Below are positions 59,478-64,000 of a stretch of 64,000 nt of DNA, in pieces (the stretch's first letter is position 1; every line of letters starts with the position of its first letter). The notes under the pieces are model-generated. The model searched no databases and was not told the DNA's origin. It was given only the letters and a program-made list of their open reading frames with translations. This DNA comes from an uncultured Pseudomonas sp. Its GTDB lineage: Bacteria; Pseudomonadota; Gammaproteobacteria; Pseudomonadales; Pseudomonadaceae. Both the position numbers and the translations under genes were made by a program. The stretch is from NCBI GenBank assembly GCA_963519325.1, contig CAUQPA010000001.1, positions 1,341 to 65,340 on the forward strand. The letters run 5' to 3'.

Positions 59478-59657
59478 TGATGGGGAGCGAAAGATTCTTT
59501 CCCTACCCCGCATCTTCTGAGGACCTACCTGCCTGAGGCAGCCAGTGGCTACGTCGCCGGCCCGCTAGTGCAGGCTCACGAGCTTGCGTTTTCAGAGACG
59601 CCTGGAGGATGGGCTCAGTGAGGCGGCTGGCGCCTCGACGCACTGAGGCCCCTCCCC

Positions 59658-61868
59658 ATGACCGCATTTCCCCGCAAGCAAGCTCCTGTCGACTTCAAGA
59701 CTCAGTACAGCCTGAGCTTCACCGCCCAGGAAGATGAGATCGTTGTCGACTTCTTCTGCGGCGGCGGCGGCGCCGGGACCGGGCTCGAGATGGGCCTGGG
59801 GCGCCCAGTTGCGGTGGCCAAGAACCACTCTGCAAAAGCCATCAGCATGCACACCGCTAACCACCCGGCGGCGCGGCATTTCACCACCGATGTCTTCGAG
59901 GGCGACCCCGACACCGAGTGCGGCGGCCGCCGGGTGGGATGGTTTCACATGTCGCCCGACTGCACCCACCACAGCCAGGCGGCCGGCGGACAGCCGCGGC
60001 AGCACGAGATCCGCAACCTCTCTTGGATTGGGCTGAAATGGGCGGGCAAGAAGCGTCCACGGGTTATCAGCCTCGAGAACGTGAAGCAGATCCTGCAGTG
60101 GGGCCCGCTGATCGCCAAGCGCGACCCTGCCACCGGCCGGGTCGTGACCTTGGATCGTATCCCTCACCCGACGAAGCCCAAGAAGTTCGTGAATCGGGTA
60201 GCCGAGGTCGGTGAGCAGGTGCCGGTCCGCAACCAGTTCCTCGTGCCTGACCCCAAGCGCAAGGGGCAAAGCTGGCGCCGGTTCGTGCAGCTGCTGCAGG
60301 GCATGGGTTACGAAGTCGAATGGGAGGTCGGCCGGGCCTCCAGCTATGGTGCGCCGACTAGCCGCGAGCGCTTGTTTATGATCGCTCGCTGCGACGGTCA
60401 GCCGATCGTCTGGCCAGCACAGACCCACGCCAAGAAGCCGGCCAAGGGACAGAAGCCGCTGCGCGTCGCCGCTGAGTGCATCGACTGGTCGGTCCCGTGC
60501 CCGTCGATCTTCAAGCGCAAAAAGCCGTTGGCTGCGGCCACGCTTCGCCGCGTCGCCAAGGGCCTGCGCAAATTCGTCCTGGAGTCGGCTGATCCCTTCA
60601 TCGTGCCGATCGCCAACTGGTCCCGAGAGGCGGCCGTCTCGGTGGGTGAGCCGCTGCACACCATCACGGCTTGGCCTCGAGGCGGATCCTTCGCGGTGGC
60701 AAGCCCGATCATCGTGCCGGCTACCCACCAGGGCGCTGATCGGGTGCACGACCCGCGTGAGCCACTGCCGACCGTGACGTGCGCCAACCGCGGCGAGCAG
60801 ATGCTGGTCAGCCCCACGCTGATCGGCCTGGGAGGCCCGGCCTATGCAGGGAAGCCTGCCGACGCCGGCGCCCCGCTGGGGAGCATCCTGACCGAGAACC
60901 ACCGCGCGGTGGTGGCGCCCACGCTCGTATCGGTGGGCTACGGCGAGCGCCAGGGGCAAGAACCGCGCGTACCGGGCCTGGACAAGCCGCTGGGCACGGT
61001 GATGGCCGGTGGGATCAAGCACGCGGTCGCGGCTGCGCACCTGGTGAAATTCCGCTTCGACTCCGCCGGCGCCGCGGCCGATGAGCCGATGCCCACCATC
61101 ACCAGTGGCGGTGAATGTCAGCGCCCCGCCGGCGCGGCGCATGCGATGGGGGTCTGCACGGCGTTCCTGGAACAGGCGAACGGCGGTTTCAACACCACGC
61201 CTGCACACAGCGTCGAACAGCCGATGACCACTATTACCAACACGGGCAGCCAACAGCGCCTGGCGGTGGCCACCCTCGCTCATCTGCGCGGCAATTGCGA
61301 TGCCCGCTCACTCGAGGAGCCGCTCCACACCATCAGTGCCTCGGGCCAGCACCACGGTGCGATCACCGCCTTTCTGTCCCGGCAGTTCGGCGGCTCCGTC
61401 GGCCAACGCGTCGACAAACCGGCGCCGACCATCACCGCCGGCGGCGGCGGCAAGACCTCGGTAGTCGAGCTGCAGCTCTCGCCGGAAGTCGAAGCCGGTG
61501 CCCTGCGCGTCGCCGCCTTCCTGATGAGCTATTACGGTGCGGATAACACGAGCCGGCCGGACGAGCCCTCCCCCACCATCACCACAAAGGACCGGCTGGC
61601 GCTCGTCACCGTCACGATCGGAGGTACCCCTTACGTCGTGGTCGACATCGGCCTGCGCATGCTGCAGCCGCGCGAGTTGTACCGCGCCCAGGGCTTCCCG
61701 GACTCCTACCAGATCGAGTTTGGCCATGACGGCAAGCCGTTCACCAAATCCGAGCAGGTCCACATGTGCGGCATCAGCGTCTCCCCGCCGCACATGGCGG
61801 CGATTGCCCGGGCCAACGACCCCTGGCGCGCCGCAGTGGCCACTCCGCAGCGAACAGCTGCGGCATAG
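59658..61868 (+). CDS. Orphan C5-cytosine DNA methyltransferase, phage/plasmid type
   Basis: DFFCGGGG, SPDC, ENV, RERLF, repeated P(L/M)xT(I/V)T units, RML.PREL.RAQGFP. Confidence 0.9.
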   Translation: MTAFPRKQAPVDFKTQYSLSFTAQEDEIVVDFFCGGGGAGTGLEMGLGRPVAVAKNHSAKAISMHTANHPAARHFTTDVFEGDPDTECGGRRVGWFHMSPDCTHHSQAAGGQPRQHEIRNLSWIGLKWAGKKRPRVISLENVKQILQWGPLIAKRDPATGRVVTLDRIPHPTKPKKFVNRVAEVGEQVPVRNQFLVPDPKRKGQSWRRFVQLLQGMGYEVEWEVGRASSYGAPTSRERLFMIARCDGQPIVWPAQTHAKKPAKGQKPLRVAAECIDWSVPCPSIFKRKKPLAAATLRRVAKGLRKFVLESADPFIVPIANWSREAAVSVGEPLHTITAWPRGGSFAVASPIIVPATHQGADRVHDPREPLPTVTCANRGEQMLVSPTLIGLGGPAYAGKPADAGAPLGSILTENHRAVVAPTLVSVGYGERQGQEPRVPGLDKPLGTVMAGGIKHAVAAAHLVKFRFDSAGAAADEPMPTITSGGECQRPAGAAHAMGVCTAFLEQANGGFNTTPAHSVEQPMTTITNTGSQQRLAVATLAHLRGNCDARSLEEPLHTISASGQHHGAITAFLSRQFGGSVGQRVDKPAPTITAGGGGKTSVVELQLSPEVEAGALRVAAFLMSYYGADNTSRPDEPSPTITTKDRLALVTVTIGGTPYVVVDIGLRMLQPRELYRAQGFPDSYQIEFGHDGKPFTKSEQVHMCGISVSPPHMAAIARANDPWRAAVATPQRTAAA

Positions 61869-62041
61869 CGTCAAGTCACCGATTCGGCCGGTGGCGGCGA
61901 CGCCTGGCCGATCGAAGCAACACCCATTACTCAGGAGAAGAACGACGTGAACGACTCATATCAAGGCGCGATGGTGGAGGCGGCGCAGCGCCGTCGTCGC
62001 TTAGTGATGAACGCAGCCCAGAGCACCCGAGCGGAACAGCC

Positions 62042-62296
62042 GTGAGCGGAGCAACGATCTACGTGTCGGCCGAGGACCTGGATGCCTTGCAGGAAGCCGA
62101 CGGTATTTTGTACGCGCTTTTTGAAGCCACGGACGGAGAGGCGACCAGCTTGAATCTTGCGCGCGATGGCCTCCGCCGTGTGATCGAAAAGACGCAGAAG
62201 GCCACGCGTGCCGCCGGCGGACGTCGTCTGGTACGGACCGCATTACGCTACGCGGAAACCTTTGAAGGAGAGGATCGTGCCCCAGATGGACTATGA
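62042..62296 (+). CDS. Hypothetical protein
   Basis: Co-oriented ORF; start uncertain. Confidence 0.4.
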   Translation: MSGATIYVSAEDLDALQEADGILYALFEATDGEATSLNLARDGLRRVIEKTQKATRAAGGRRLVRTALRYAETFEGEDRAPDGL

Positions 62297-62543
62297 ACCG
62301 TATGCAGGAATCATCCAGCGGGCGCTACAAGCTCGCGGTACCACGGAGGGTGATCTCGCCCGCGATCCGAGATATCTCGCGCCCGGCTATGTCGTCCGAA
62401 TGTGCGCAGCGCTGGCCAGGGCCGCTGCTGAGCGCAGCGGGCGCGACGTGGCGCTCGACGAAGTCATCCGCCTGGAGCGTACCTGCACCGGTGCCGACTA
62501 CCACCACAAGCTGGCACTGCGCTGCGCCCAGCTCGCCGGTTGA
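62277..62543 (+). CDS. Hypothetical protein, paralog of 20629-20910
   Basis: GGAG/GAGG RBS; CTGADYHHKLALR. Confidence 0.7.
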   Translation: MPQMDYEPYAGIIQRALQARGTTEGDLARDPRYLAPGYVVRMCAALARAAAERSGRDVALDEVIRLERTCTGADYHHKLALRCAQLAG

Positions 62544-62704
62544 GCGTCGGCTGCGGTCCACGATCCGCCAGCGTGGAGAACCGCGCGGGCAGAGGAGCGC
62601 CCTCGCTATTGAGGCCCCGCCACAGGCGGTTATTGGCACTAGCGCGTCGACGGAGATGGGTTACGTTGGCCACCACCTGGTCTTTCGCCTCACGGGAGTA
62701 GCGA

Positions 62705-63268
62705 ATGAGCTCAAGCTGGATCCTCACCCAGTCTGGCAAGCAGTTTGACCTGCTGGCCCCTGAAGCCGGCATGGTGGTGATGGATGACATTGCCCATGCA
62801 CTGGCGAACATCTGCCGATTCGCGGGTTATACCCAGACCCACTACAGCGTTGGCCAACACAGCGTATTGGCTAGCCACCTGGTGCCGCCGGCGGACGCGC
62901 TTCACGCGCTGCTGCATGATGCCGCCGAGGCCTATGTCGGCGACATGGTGAGTCCCCTCAAGAACCTGCTGCCAGGCTTCAAGGCGATCGAGGCGCGAAT
63001 CTGGATGGCCATCGCAGCGCGCTTCGAGATCGCTGAGCAGATGCCGGCGAGCATCAAGGAGGCAGACCTGGTGCTGATGGCAACCGAGCGACGCAATCTG
63101 CTCCCGCCGGGTCCGCCTTGGCCGTCGCTCGAGGGGATCCAGCCGCTTCCCAACCAGATAGTGCCCTGGGCGCCGGCCTTCACGCGCCTGGCATTCAAAA
63201 GACGCTTCAGACAGCTGGTGCGGCTCAGTGGCAATTTTGCTCGGTTGCGCCAGGCGGCCGAGGCCTAG
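62705..63268 (+). CDS. HD-domain 5'-deoxynucleotidase-like protein (YfbR/YfdR-like)
   Basis: DIAHALA..CRF.G, YSV.QHS, LLHDAAEAY.GD, AD...L.TE. Confidence 0.82.
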   Translation: MSSSWILTQSGKQFDLLAPEAGMVVMDDIAHALANICRFAGYTQTHYSVGQHSVLASHLVPPADALHALLHDAAEAYVGDMVSPLKNLLPGFKAIEARIWMAIAARFEIAEQMPASIKEADLVLMATERRNLLPPGPPWPSLEGIQPLPNQIVPWAPAFTRLAFKRRFRQLVRLSGNFARLRQAAEA

Positions 63269-63397
63269 GCCACCTATGCACGGTGGCACGCTATCAGGCG
63301 GTTTCACCGTGTAAGAATCTTACAAAGGCGTAGCGGCAGCAGAGATCCGGCCAGGCGGTATCCAGAGAGCGAAAGAATCTTTCGCTGGCACTCCGGC

Positions 63398-64000
63398 CTA
63401 GTCCTCACCGCCAGCAAAGGGATAGGGATCGCCCCCCTGGCTTGCGGTACCGAGCGGACAGGTCACGACGTCCGCGAGGCGCGGCGCCCGATGACACAGG
63501 GAATCGTACAGCCGCTTGAACCAATCGCCCCGTTCCAGCAGCGGGACCTGGAACGACTCCTCGCGCTCGAGCAGCAGCCCGTTGCTTCCTACTCGCTGGT
63601 TGACGACCTTGTCGTGGGGCACCAGGCACGTCGCTTCCAGCCGCGGCTGGACGAAGGTCGGGATCGAGTGTTGATGCTCTGTCGGCCGCTGTGGCCAAGT
63701 CGCCATCTTGTCTGAGACGACCTTGTAGGCGCCTGGCTCGCCCAGCAGCTCATAGTGCACGCGATGGACGATCACCTGCTCTGCCGCGACCGCCCACCGA
63801 TACACCACGGTGAACGGCTTGGCCGGCTGGAGCGTATCGATCAGCAAACCTACCCGCGCCATCCGGCCGCGCTTACTGCAGCCAATCGCCATGCGCTTGT
63901 TCGGCATCGGCCGGCGTGTGGCCAGGTCCACCCGATCACGCAGGAGCAGGCCCACCGAGTCGATCCGCAGGTTGATCAGCTGGACGTGCGGACCGGAGGC
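63398..64000 (-). CDS. Hypothetical protein, 5' end probably beyond the window
   Basis: The frame of ORF 63398-63955 stays open to position 64000. Confidence 0.5.
   Translation of the reverse strand, partial: ASGPHVQLINLRIDSVGLLLRDRVDLATRRPMPNKRMAIGCSKRGRMARVGLLIDTLQPAKPFTVVYRWAVAAEQVIVHRVHYELLGEPGAYKVVSDKMATWPQRPTEHQHSIPTFVQPRLEATCLVPHDKVVNQRVGSNGLLLEREESFQVPLLERGDWFKRLYDSLCHRAPRLADVVTCPLGTASQGGDPYPFAGGED

Noticed and set aside
1..64000. IS elements, tRNA/rRNA genes, resistance genes
   Set aside because: No transposase, structured RNA gene or resistance determinant was recognised by eye.

Overview
This 64 kb GC-rich window looks like part of a large conjugative plasmid or ICE, probably from Pseudomonas given the MvaT-type silencer. 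The left 16 kb is an IncC/SXT-like F-type transfer region on the minus strand: MOBH relaxase traI, traD, a DUF4400/traJ-like gene, dsbA and traLEKBVA, then a giant secreted Ig-like repeat protein that runs off the window edge. The rest is backbone and accessory cargo. It includes ParB-like, tyrosine recombinase, MazEF/PemIK, UvrD-like, second DsbA, MvaT, ArdB/KlcA and HerA-like genes, two orphan DNA methyltransferases, a Ner/Mu-type regulator and a TGT/DpdA-like gene. It also carries a yjfIJKLMC (PspA) cluster, a Ycf46-like AAA/DUF1257/DUF2997 operon and three variable-head Ig-repeat proteins. The main observations are: (1) one Ig repeat of the giant tra-linked protein lacks its first strands, and three distant variable-head proteins end in exactly that 29-aa segment, suggesting an adhesin with swappable tips joined by strand complementation; (2) a 25-bp dyad at a fixed 27-28 nt from a -10 hexamer outlines a putative transfer regulon; (3) a second promoter class, TTGCRT-N15-nAnnnT, precedes DNA-modification and anti-defence genes; (4) a dispersed 13-bp palindrome, tandem NrdR-like boxes, a possibly split Cas4-like nuclease, and a shared C-terminal motif in the AAA operon. 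All family calls were made by eye from motifs; no database searches were run.
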